In this document: positions 1 to 11,067 of the stretch, piece after piece | Layout: each line of letters begins with the position of its first letter | Numbering within the stretch: position 1 is the stretch's first letter | Assembly (NCBI GenBank): GCA_001687465.1 | Contig: LVLI01000172.1 | Span: 62,001 to 126,000 of the forward strand | Source of the DNA: Halocafeteria seosinensis | Taxonomy: Eukaryota | Length of the DNA: 64,000 bases | Direction of reading: 5' to 3' | Notes under the pieces: generated by a model | What the model saw: only the letters and a program-made list of their open reading frames with translations | Database searches by the model: none | What the model was told of the DNA's origin: nothing | Position numbers and translations under genes: made by a program

Positions 1-423
1 TTGCATGATTCCATAGTGGATGGAAAGCGAATGCACGTTCCTTGCAATCTAGTTATTCTTTTTCGATGCGTTTGTCGAATGGAATGTTCTCAACTCGCAA
101 CTATTATCATATACTATGCTTGAGTATGTATTCCGCTCTTGGAAGTACCGACAGGGCTCACTGGGTTCACTCTGTTGGCACGCATGGATTGAACGAAGAT
201 ACTTACTTCATTTTCACCAGAGATGCTTTGCTGAAACATTAATATGACGATACCTTGGGCCATGGATAGAATCCAGTACGTATTTAATTACTGTTTTTGT
301 ATCTAGCTGAGAGTTATTTGGATTATCTGGCGCGCTTTTCCGAGTGTGTCAGAACAAGTATCAGGGTGGCACCAGCCTAACAGAATTGGGCGGGCAAGCG
401 AGTGTTTACTTGGAGTTCAAACG

Positions 424-1096
424 ATGGCGGCATCAGAACATAAAGCAAGGAATTCACCGTCCGTTAAACGAACCCGAGGTACGGTTCAACGAGCATGCGA
501 GCCTTGTAATAAGCTCAAAAAGCGGTGTGACTCTGGGAGACCGTGTGAAGTGAGTGCGCTAGAATCAATTCATGATGAAGAATGTACGCTACAAAGGTCT
601 ATCTTCTATACAGCGTTGTATACGTAGGGGTATGGAATCGGAATGTAAGGATATAGTGACGAAGGCGGAAGAGAAACGCAAGATCCGCCGAAACAGAGTG
701 ATCGAAGCCGCAAGATCTGGCCTCTGGGGATATGAGAGTAGCCAACGGCTTTTACAGCAATTGGAAGAACCATATATAGCTACAGACGTGAATAGCCTTC
801 TACAAGTGACCAATTCGCGAACAACCGCTGCGGTGCCGACCACGACGTACAGCACCACTACCACCCCCACTTCTTCCCTACAATCCCTAGCCGTATCTTC
901 GGCGACTTCCGCTGAGGCATCTATATCAGAATTCATACCTCGAAATCGGACACTAATGGATGAGATTAACTATGAACTAGAGTGTCCGCTTTTTCCAGCA
1001 ACTGCTGATTCGGAAACGGAAACTTCTGGGGAATCCCGCGGATCGGTGACTCAAACGAGTCATGGGGTTCCTCCATCTGGAGGCGACTCACTCTGA
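424..1096 (+). CDS. Zn(II)2Cys6 binuclear-cluster transcription factor-like protein, copy 1 (2 exons: 424-549, 614-1096)
   Basis: Splicing the GTGAGT..TACAG intron (550-613) gives CEPCNKLKKRCDSGRPCE|RCIRRGMESEC = C-x2-C-x6-C-x5-C-x2-C-x8-C. It is preceded by a basic patch (KRTR) and followed by a S/T-rich tail. Confidence 0.8.
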
Positions 1097-2664
1097 CGAT
1101 GCCAATAAACCGTCGTAATGCAAAGTCAGCCATACATTTGTATTTGGTGTGCTACACTAGTATGCACATTAAGAGACAAACAGCTGCATCTACCTTGTGT
1201 GCACCATTCGGCCATGAAACGGCGTGCTGTACGACTCCTGGGCTCCGGCGGACAGACTGGACGACGTCGCCGGCTGGTTTAGAAAAAATACACACGCTTG
1301 TCTGTCGCTTGTACTGGTGCTTTCTCTCGGACCGAGCCTTCTCTTTCATTCTGTCTAATTTTGCGTCACGGGCTGGGGATAGGCTAGACCGACATATGTA
1401 CCTTGCTAACGACAACAGCGAAATATCAATCCACAGAATCACAGTGGTACAGAATATATTTTACGATCTCATTCCTCTGAGTTAATCCATCGTCGATACA
1501 GTACAGTGTTATGCAGACCGTCACCACTAGCTTCTTGTGGAAGCTTCGACTGTTCATGGTATACTCCGGTCAGTCCGGTGTACTGTACCTGTTAATCGCC
1601 CTGACTAACAACTGAACCAAGGAGTATTACGTATCATACAAAATCAAATACCACATATTTAAGAGAGCATCGTGATATCTACTATCTGTTTAGAGACGAA
1701 AGTCAAATCTGGTGGTGTTTCGCGGGCGATGATGAATTTGAACATTCGTGCTACGGTGTAGTGACATGTGCGCTTGTACTCCCTGTCGGAGCATCCTTTG
1801 CCTAACGACCTTACCAAGTAGGAATATCAATGTCTTCTAAGATGTCAGCATGATTCTTCCGATAATGTTGCTCCCATCTGTTGGTCCAAAATCTTGGAGG
1901 ACATGTGACACTGTACCTACCGGCCTACCCATTGTTCCTTCGTACCCGTCGTTCACTGACCCGCTTGATTAATCAATCCCTGATATGATGTTGCATCTGT
2001 GATGTTGACCTAGCGCTCTTGGCGGGAGGCGTCAGTTGTGTGGAATTCTGCTGGACTCCTGCGCTTCTGCGCCCTCAGTAGCTGAGGCTGTCATGCACGA
2101 CGATAAGTAGGAGATAGAGAGCGTTGTCGCAACGACTTGTACTGGCATGGGTCACCTTTAACTGGTGTGAACATATGGAACCATTATAACAAACGATGAT
2201 GTCCGGCGGGGTAGCATTTGCTGAGTCCCCTGAGATCGAGTTCCAGAGTTCTGGACATCAAGTTGGCTGGTGAGGTAAAGCGCAGCATAGGGAATAAAAT
2301 GAGGGCGAAAGGTATGCATGTCTTTCAGGAAATGAATATTCCTTTCTCGTTTAGAACAATTCGCGGAAAGAACCCTTTTGTAAAAATCTTTCGTACTCCG
2401 CAACTAGGCGTACATTGTCCAGGTTTCGACGGGTTGATATTCCATCTTCTGCTAAAGCCTAGGACCAGCGATATTAAGAGGCAAATTGAGGATGAGACGA
2501 AAGTTTATGCTTAAATAAATTTCCGGTCATAGGGAGGTCAGGGTTGCTACTTATACTAGAGTTCAATTTTGATTATCTTCTCGACCTACCCAACCCATCT
2601 CTCATTGGCCCGCGCGCGCATAGTGCTGGCTTGTGTCTGCACTGGATGGCTGTTCGTAAATACA

Positions 2665-3319
2665 ATGGAAAGCAATGCCAGTTCTCCTGGATCGGCGTCC
2701 TCTTCTGCAAAGAAGCGAGGCACTAAGGGGATCCAACGTGCATGCGTGCCATGCAGCGTCCTGAAGAAGCGGTGTGACTCAGGCCGACCCTGTGAAGTGA
2801 GTGATCGCATTGTATATAAAGCGTTTGTGAGCTGCTAGACTCTAAGGATACTCTTGCGATGTCCCCTTACAGCGCTGTATTCGTCGAGGAATAGAATTGG
2901 ATTGCAGGGATAAACCTACGAAAGTGGAAGAGCGCCGTCAGATCAAGAGACAGAGAGTTATTGAAGCAGCGCGCTCGGGCGTGTGGGGGAAAGAAAGCAG
3001 CGAGGCCTTACTACAGCATATGCGCGAGCATCCAGAGGTTACAGAGATTAACAGTCTTCTGCACCATAAGGAATACCCCCACTCGGAACAGATGCCAGAG
3101 TCATGGCCACCCGCGACTTCTAACGCCAGCCACTCCGCTTCTCCGGAGGAGTGTAGGACTACGCACACAGAAACGACCGTAGAAACAAGCATACCTTCGG
3201 TATACGAGCACCCGCCATCTACCGCTCCAACAACCTCCGAGCATTCTGTCTCTACCCAGCGATCATCCGGAGAGTGCCGCCATGTAGGAACTCCGGCAGA
3301 GTCAATGAGCCGCTCCTGA
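2665..3319 (+). CDS. Zn(II)2Cys6 transcription factor-like protein, copy 2 (2 exons: 2665-2796, 2873-3319)
   Basis: CVPCSVLKKRCDSGRPCE|RCIRRGIELDC, with the intron (2797-2872) at the same codon as in copy 1. Shares RVIEAARSGxWGxESS with copy 1. Confidence 0.8.
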
Positions 3320-4028
3320 CATATGACCAGCAGGACACCAGCTGCAAGCATGCCTTAACAAGGTTAAGAAGTTCTCAGCTGTATCAATACGTAGAGGGCA
3401 TATGACTGTTTGCCTGATTGGGTGATCATCTTTGTCGAAACCAATTGAACTGAAAAAGTAGAGCGTGTAACTGTCTGTCTGCTGAGACTGCTGAAAAAAT
3501 AGCCAGTGCACAGCACAGAGTCAACCCGTGAAATACTCCGGCGACGTTACAGAATGTGCGAAGTGAAGAAAAGAAGTATTTCAGCCTTCATAGGGTGGGT
3601 TGCCATTCTTATGACTGTTACTATATTTCGATGAACAACTGATAGTTCGTGGAAAGCGCTCTTGGTAGCGGAATTGAGGTTGTAGGGCGTTGGATACTCC
3701 CGGATATCCTCACTTTTCGCCATGACAGCTCCCTATGTACTTGTCTATATGCACCAGTAATCATTGTCATATTCTATTATTGGTCAACATAGAATAAGTT
3801 AATTAAACACGACTGTGTGTAGCAGCGCAACGAAGGTATATGCTCTAGGCTTCTGACAGAGCCGGGACTTGCCAACACGAAGGCCCTGCGTCAGCGGCGC
3901 AGGGCCAATAGCGCGATAAACGTACCCCTATTAAGCAAACCACATATATAACATACACATATGGGATTCAAGTGAATTCACATGATTTACCTTATTCGGA
4001 TATTAGGTTTAGCAATCTAGCAAATGTC

Positions 4029-5184
4029 TCAGCTTGTCGAGACATCGGAGACAGGAGGCTCCCATCTAGTCTCCCGGGTAATTTCATGCCACCAGTATTC
4101 TCTCCCTTCTTTATCATGAGCCTTCTTCCAATACACAGAAGGATCTTCCTTCTTTTTTCGCCCAACAATTTCAGTATTTCCATCATGGTGTCTGGTTTCC
4201 AGAGGACTCCCGCTGAGTACAAGGTCCAGGATCTGGTCGTCGTGTACGAACACCTCATCATTTCTGAAATCTAGGATCATATGATGCATTGTTTTTTGCT
4301 GTCCTGGATCCTTATCACCTTCCATAGTGAAGAGCCTTGCCTTCGATGCTTTATCAGAGCTTTGCCGCTTTTCTCGCAGCAGTCGAATGGGCACAGTTAC
4401 ATCTGGTTTTCCTGGCCTGCCAGCTATATTAAATGGACGCATGCGCACATGAGTGCCTCCACTACAGAGTACCATGCTTTCTATTTCTCCTTTCTGTTAT
4501 GTTCCGTATCAGGAGAGAGCATATGAACAGTGTCTCAAAGCAAGCAGGAGCGACGACATACCATTGCTCTCCAAGACATCCCGTACAAGACAATGGACGA
4601 ACCAATTCCTAGGGTAATTTGCCAAGGAGGTAAAGGATATTGTGCTCCGGATAAATTCATAACTAGTTCTAAAATCCCAAAGATACCAGGGACAGCACCG
4701 GTAACCACCAAGACTTTATACTTTCCCTGCATACTATGAAAAATGTGTAGCATAGAAATTCCTATGATCATTAGGAACAGAAAGCACTCACTGGTTTTCT
4801 TGTTTGGAATAACAAGACCTCATCGTCCTTCATCGGCGGCGGACTTAGTTTATTGGTGGCATACCTGGCGAATGCATCCTCTACGACGCTTCCTCCTCCT
4901 GGTCGACCAAGAATTGTTTCGTGTTCGTTCTCCTTGACCGCGTCAGTGGAATCCATGGCCGCGGTACCAGATTCTAAGTTTTGTGCAGGTTTATTGTCTG
5001 GATCTTCCTTGGATTCGTATTGTTTCACTCGATCCTTCCTGAATAGTTTCGGAGCCGACCGCGCCTCGGAACTCTGAGAACTGAAGCCTTTTGCGGATCT
5101 GATTCCCAAGCAGTCCATGTGTGGTTGACGCATGGCCATCAGCCTCCACCAGATACGATTGGTTCTGTTGTTGAATATCCTCAT
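4029..5184 (-). CDS. TMEM223/TMEM70/TMEM186-like two-TM protein with C-terminal WW domain, probably mitochondrial (3 exons: 5184-4792, 4726-4562, 4493-4029)
   Basis: R-rich N-terminus and two hydrophobic segments, then EIESMVLCSGGTHVRMRPFNIAGRPGKPDVTVP. WW motif YWKKAHDKEGREYWWHEITRETRWEPP. Canonical splice sites keep the frame. Confidence 0.6.
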
Positions 5185-5355
5185 CCCTGAATGTGCTTCC
5201 CGTGTTCCAATTGACACCCTATTAAAGTCCTTGAATGAACTCAGCCTCACTGCACCACGTAGACAACACTTCTACTGGAGAGTTGATTTCCCTAATTTTG
5301 TTCTCTTATATAATTGAATATAATTTTGCTTCTTATAAATACGACCGAATCAACA

Positions 5356-6509
5356 ATGCTTTCGCGTTCGATTCTCTACAGTGGACGATGGCGTCTCTCG
5401 GGAACTCTACGCAACACAGTCACTCCTCTTCGGAGTAGCTCTGTTATGATGGCTAGACCATTCACGACCTCTTCTATACGGCACCAACAGAGTATGTCAA
5501 TGTGCATCTTGCATGAACCAGATATGGCACTCACACCATGTGTTGACTGCACAGGCCGACATGAACCTCAAGACGATGAGCTAACGAGGTCGTGGAAGAA
5601 CGCTATAGTGTCCAAAGGCTTTTTCGGAAGCGCGAAGCCGGAGGATGAGAGCACCTTACGACAACGAGGAGAAATGCTCCTGTACCGAACCACGAATAAG
5701 GTAAAGGGAGCATGCAGTTGGAAGAGTGTATTGTGGATGAGTTCACGAATGAGTTTGGATGCAGAATCGTATCTGGATGGCTGCCTCATCGGGTTTATTA
5801 CCGCTCATCTTTGGCACGACTGGATTGGTACTGCGTTTATTCGACTTTGTACCCATGGAGCAACAGTTCAGCTACCTCACTGTGTCGCTACTGTATGTTA
5901 CCGGAGCATTCTTTACCAGCCTCAGCATGAAAATAGCGAACTTCACAGTTCGGGAGATTGTCTTGACCGACAATGGATCCAAAGCACGGCTTAGAACTTT
6001 TAGGCTTTTTTGGGTGAGTGTTACTCATAACAATGAGGATTCAACTAACGGTATATTGTATGAGAATGCTTCGCAGGGATACGGTCCGAGCGTGACGGTA
6101 CCTGTGAGCTTGCTTATGGAGAAAATCCCTGACAAGGAAGATAATTTCCGCTATATTGGTATTGCTGAGGACCTGGGCCACATGATGGTAGGTTGATATG
6201 CCCCTGTGTTTCTGGCTTTTCCAAGACGTCTTACCTATACGTATACGTGCACAGATCCACAAACGGGGCCAAGTTTATAATGAAGAGTTGTTCGAGAGGA
6301 TTTTGCAAGGCCAGCCTGTGGATTTATCTGAAGCGTCTTCTACGAAAGATGACAGTAGTTACGAGAGCGCAGGCAATGTCGCGGTCAACCCTGATGATTG
6401 GGAACGAGATGTAGATGACAGAGGAAGGGCGTACTATAAGAATAAGCATACTGGCGAAACTCGGTGGACTAATCCTTCGTTCTCGGCCTCGGAAGACCAA
6501 GACAAGTAG
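5356..6509 (+). CDS. TMEM223/TMEM70/TMEM186-like two-TM protein with C-terminal WW domain, probably mitochondrial (about 5 exons)
   Basis: Presequence-like MLSRSILYSGRWRLSGTLR and two TM segments. TVREIVLTDNGSKARLRTFRLFW|GYGPSVTVP...MM|IHKRGQVYNEELFERIL resembles the TMEM223 C-terminal region as I recall it. WW motif WERDVDDRGRAYYKNKHTGETRWTNP. Confidence 0.65.
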
Positions 6510-6682
6510 CTGCATCCCCTCTTCTCTTTGAATACATTGGGAAGAGAGTGTATCATCTATACACCACAGTCAACTGAGTGGAAACGTGAACCACGGATTT
6601 GCCACAAGTAGCTGGTAACTATCAGCGATGGTGCTTCCGGCAATGTCTTCGGGAACGAAGGCTAATACATATTGGCACGATT

Positions 6683-6703
6683 AGCAGTTCCGACGGAACT
6701 GCT
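6683..6703. other. Perfect 21-nt inverted repeat AGCAGTTCCG-A-CGGAACTGCT upstream of the VWA gene
   Basis: 10-bp arms around a 1-nt centre, extendable by GCACG/CGTGC at 6675-6679 and 6705-6709. Confidence 0.6.
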
Positions 6704-7135
6704 CCGTGCTTTGAAGATTAATCATCTCGGTCTACACGATGTAGACTACATGGTGCCCGCGATGGCTCTCATGCCTCAGTCGATCGGGTTAAACAATACA
6801 TCACAATTACTCTGTACGTCTAATAGGATGAAAAAAGTCTGCATATAACAAGGGCGCTGTCTTATCTGGATGTGAACTTCATTGTGAAGTTCCGAGATTC
6901 ACACTCGCTGGAGATATCCAAAACAGCATAAAATTTATGCCATAAATGTGATAAAAGGTTTCGGTTTGATTCGAGGACGAATTTTACATTTTGCCTTCAA
7001 AAAGTGAACAAGTACCCCTTTTCCCCATTTAACTAAAAGAACATTTGCTCATACCAGCGTTCGAGCCAAGAGTTTTGTTGTCCTGTGCTTCGAACGAGGT
7101 GAATTTTCTTCTACTTCAACTGAGCTCGGAAAACA

Positions 7136-8908
7136 ATGGATTTCAAGGCTGCACGCTTATGTGTGAACGATCAATCGTTTCTGAACTTTTCATGGAGCTG
7201 TCCGGAAGTGCCGAATACAGGATCAACCAGCAATGGCGAGGGAGACGGGGCACCCGGCGACAGCAAACCGCAAGAGGTTGAAGAGGAATCCCAACAAACT
7301 TCTCAGGAGGACCCATCCGATCCTCGAGAAGCTCGAAATGCTGGAAAAGAGAAGGAAACTGGCTTCATGGAAAAGATTTCCAGCTGGGTGTATGGCAACT
7401 CATCGACGAACAAGAGCATTGAGGTTCCGAAGAACTGCAAACGACACTACGTCTTTGTAGTGGACTGCAGCGGCAGCATGAGTGATACACCCATCGAAGT
7501 GGTTCAGGAAACGTTGATTTCTTTTTTTGAGATGCTCCAGCCTACGGATTTGCTCAGTGTTGTTACGTTCAGTAACAGCGCGAATCTGGTCTTCCATTGT
7601 AGAACCCAAGCCGACTCAGCGGAACTCAACGCATCAGTTCAGCAGATCAGGGCGGGCGGTGGAACCAATCTTTGCTCCGGACTTGTAGAGGGAATAAAGG
7701 CAATGGAGCCCTCACATTCCTCCAGCCGCGAAATCCAAAACGTTATGGTTCTCTTGAGCGACGGATGTGCCAACATCGGCATCACCAGCCCCGCGAGTAT
7801 ATCCGCAGAAATACAAGCGGACGCAGACCGACTGGAAGCAGTCGTCTATTCCATTGGAATTGGACATTCCTACAACAATAACCTCCTCCAGGAGATTACC
7901 ACGAATTTTTCAGGGATGCATTATCACTTGGATTCTTCGGAGAACATCCCGTATGTGATTGGTAACATCATCGGAGACATCCAACCTATCTTGTTCAAGG
8001 ATGTTACGCTAACACTGTTGCTTCCACCACAGTGTGTGAAGGAAATTCAGTCTCCCACGCATCTAACATGCCAGAAGAATAGCAATGGGGTTGAGATCCG
8101 TATGCGATCGCTTCGGGCGCGCGACAGCCATAATGTAAATCTTCGCCTCAACGACGCCGAAGTCTCCAGACTCCCTAATCCGTTACCTGTTCAAGTGCAA
8201 GCGAAGAGCGCAGCAGCAGGAGTTTTCGAAGTCACTAAGAAGGACGTGGATGTCTTTGATGTAGAAGATACGAATCCTGAGCATGACATTTATCGTTCTA
8301 ATCTAGCAAGAATGCTGTTCGTAGAAGGTACCAAGGGCAACTCGGGCGACCACTCTGTCGAGCGACTCGAGGAATTGAGGGGAACACTGGCCAAACTTCC
8401 GAGGGCGTCGGAAAATGCGACGGTCACAAGCGTAGTGGATGACTTAGACGATCTGGTCAATGGCCTTAGGAATCATGATCTCGGGGCTTCCTATGACTAC
8501 ATTTGCTCGAACGCTCAGAATATGCACAGCAAGGCCCGTGGATTGAAGTCCAAGGGGGGCGCATGTCTCAGCGCCTATGAGAGTCCAGTTCAGGCAGCCA
8601 GCAGTGCGACAATGTCAGCCAAGGTGAGGTTCAAGAGGGCCAACAAGCGGCAAACTTCAGGGACCATTTCCGGTCCACCAAACATGGCTCGCCCGCAGGC
8701 ACCTCGCAAGCCTCCAAGAAATGGTTCCGCAGCTGCACAGACGGCGGTGTGGGGATTCGCTCCGCCTTTCCATGATGAACAGCAACATACGCAGAACTAT
8801 GAGCCGTTTGGTGCAGCCATCCAGCAGCAGGAATGTCAGTTTCTTGAGGAAAGCCCGGAGCAAGCAGACGAAGACATGGAGTCTCCCGAGGATCAGCGAT
8901 CAGTGTAA
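7136..8908 (+). CDS. von Willebrand factor A (VWA) domain protein, intronless, 590 aa
   Basis: MIDAS motif VFVVDCSGSM, plus GGGTNL, VLLSDG and SIGIG. The C-terminal HSKARG...SAYESP loosely resembles the Vwaint-type tail. Confidence 0.85.
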   Translation: MDFKAARLCVNDQSFLNFSWSCPEVPNTGSTSNGEGDGAPGDSKPQEVEEESQQTSQEDPSDPREARNAGKEKETGFMEKISSWVYGNSSTNKSIEVPKNCKRHYVFVVDCSGSMSDTPIEVVQETLISFFEMLQPTDLLSVVTFSNSANLVFHCRTQADSAELNASVQQIRAGGGTNLCSGLVEGIKAMEPSHSSSREIQNVMVLLSDGCANIGITSPASISAEIQADADRLEAVVYSIGIGHSYNNNLLQEITTNFSGMHYHLDSSENIPYVIGNIIGDIQPILFKDVTLTLLLPPQCVKEIQSPTHLTCQKNSNGVEIRMRSLRARDSHNVNLRLNDAEVSRLPNPLPVQVQAKSAAAGVFEVTKKDVDVFDVEDTNPEHDIYRSNLARMLFVEGTKGNSGDHSVERLEELRGTLAKLPRASENATVTSVVDDLDDLVNGLRNHDLGASYDYICSNAQNMHSKARGLKSKGGACLSAYESPVQAASSATMSAKVRFKRANKRQTSGTISGPPNMARPQAPRKPPRNGSAAAQTAVWGFAPPFHDEQQHTQNYEPFGAAIQQQECQFLEESPEQADEDMESPEDQRSV

Positions 8909-9170
8909 CTCCAAGCATAGCGTTTGCGATGGAACATAGCTCTTTTTCTTCAAGTAATGAATAGCCATGTACATGTACAATACAGAATAATCTATCGTTG
9001 ATATACTCTTGTCTATTGTTGCAATAAGATAGTACGCATTCGCCCGTATACCCCCTCTGTCATAGTGGATGGCCCTGCAGAGAGTAGGACCCAAATGCAA
9101 CCAGCTCGCCAACTCTGTATTCCGACGGAAGTTCTAGGGAGAGATGCCGTACTTCTCAGTGGCTCGCCCA

Positions 9171-10607
9171 TCAAGTAGAAGAGGATAACGTTCGTTGAAC
9201 TGACTCTGTGATTTCATCAACACTTGCCATGGCTCCCGACCCTGCAGCAAGACGAGATTCAAGGTGCTATACTGCTAAAAAATGTTTCGAGAATCATCCG
9301 CACGTACCTTGATCCCCACAAGCAAGTATCTTATCCATTGGGTTTATAATCTCCATTTGCAAGTCCTTCTGTAAGGTCCGTAAATGTTTCCGCGTGAACG
9401 GATGTTCCCACATGTGGGTGTTCATCGCGGGAGCAAGTAGAATGGGTTTTCTAGCGTTGAAGTCCCACGCTCTCACAACAGAAGTCTGAGTATTCAACGG
9501 AACAAAGTTTATATAGACTGTAGATACCAATTAGTTCTGATAATAGCCACCAGGAATGCGCTTACAAGTAAATTGTCACATTGCCCCGTTGCCATCTTGG
9601 CGATTGTGTTCGCAGAAGCCGGAGCAATTATCATTAAGTCTGCCCATTTTCGCATCTCTATGTGAAGCACAGGGTCCTTGTGCACATCATGATACTCTCG
9701 CCACTCATCCTCATCCGAATACACCGATATCTTGCCGCTTTGTTCCATCTCCCTAAACTGCTTGTATGATTCCTGATCATACGAGGGGGAAATATCTAGA
9801 AAATGCTTCGACCGATAAGTTGTAATAATTTTCACCTGCACCCAATCAACAATTTTATGAAATTCGCCATGTAACCGCCTTACTGGCGATTTAAAATGAA
9901 GGACTCACATTAGCAAAGCAGCCTAATGAGTGCGCCAATTCATGGCATTTCACGCTCGCTACACTACCTGTCACTCCGAGAATGACGTTCTTTACCCTCG
10001 TTCCTGTCATCGCTTCTTCTGAGGCCGCGCTCTCTGCCGAAGCGAAAAACTGTTTGCTCTCGTTTGCCGAATGGTTTCCTTTTCGCGATTTTTTGGAGCT
10101 GAGCTTGGCTAGGAAGTCTTGCCAATGGCTCTTCCCTAACACGCTCAGCGGTATTCCTTCTTGTGCAAGGTTGCTGATCAAGTGGCTCTGGATATCACCT
10201 GGCAGATGGCTGACATCCTTAGTGTGGCTTGCAGAAGAACGCTTCCGCTTTGTTGGCTTAGGTGCTGCCGGCGAGAAGTCTGCAAACGCGTCTTGGTACA
10301 GGGGTTCAAAGGCGGCACCAGCGTCCGAAGGGGGAAATTGGCTGTCTGATTCAGGTCTCACTGCTCCTTCAAACTTTGTTTCTGGTCGTACTTGGTCAAT
10401 ATTCTGTTCGGCTTTCTCTCTCCACCCTGGGTGCCTTAAATTTAAATGGGATCGTAGAGGCGAAGTCGAGTATCCACTGGTTCGAACGAGTTCATTGCAA
10501 ATTGAGCCATCTTCTTTGGGAAATTTGCATACGCAAGTCCCTCGACCTTCAACCATATGGTCATGGCGAAAGAAGACCCACACGGGGGAGCACTCACTTC
10601 CAGGCAT
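9171..10607 (-). CDS. PPCDC: Phosphopantothenoylcysteine decarboxylase (PPCDC/HAL3-type flavoprotein) with N-terminal BED zinc-finger extension (4 exons)
   Basis: Motifs VILGVTGSVASVK, VLHIEMRKWAD, APASANTIAK, PAMNTHMW and LACGDQG|SGAM (catalytic Cys). Three GT-AG introns; stop at 9171-9173. The N-terminal SPVWVFF..C..C..TSPLRSHLNLRH lies in the same open exon. Confidence 0.85.
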
Positions 10608-11067
10608 CGTTGGTTCGGAAACCGAAAATTTCGTTCGTTCGGGTTCTCCTTTGCAATCTATGCGTTTTCGTGTCAAGCCACCGAAAATCCGGATTCCCCC
10701 CAAAAAAAAAAAAAAAGAATATTTGGTGGAAGTGTGCCTACGGATGCAGCAATCATTTCGCACTTTTGGCGAATGTCAGTTACGAGCGTAGGGATCTTTC
10801 AAAGGGGAAATCCAAGGGGGACAAAAAAGGTCCCCAAACCTCCTTCAACTTGCGCCCACACTCCAAAACCTGCCACAGCTGTAACAACTGTTCTTTTGAG
10901 GTTGTTTGAGACACGAGAGCCACCAGAACGAGACCAATACTTTCTCCGCAGGCAGCTGCATAGAAGAGCAAGGCTTCAGGAACCGCATATATTGTGAATA
11001 TATGTCTTCGGACCTATCGACGCCATTGAGTGCATCTAACCCTGCAAGGTATCCTTACGCAAATACA

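Noticed and set aside
1099..2514. Short ORFs between the Zn2Cys6 paralogs
   Set aside because: No motifs, and I could not build a consistent spliced model. A small or decayed gene cannot be excluded.
10695..10860. A15 run and homopolymer-rich stretch as a retroelement tail or hAT terminus
   Set aside because: No target-site duplication, terminal inverted repeat or RT/transposase catalytic ORF is visible. It lies in the divergent promoter gap between PPCDC and the CTL gene.
9982..10909. Long + strand ORFs (269 aa, 215 aa)
   Set aside because: Antisense shadows of the BED-PPCDC exon, with no recognisable motifs.
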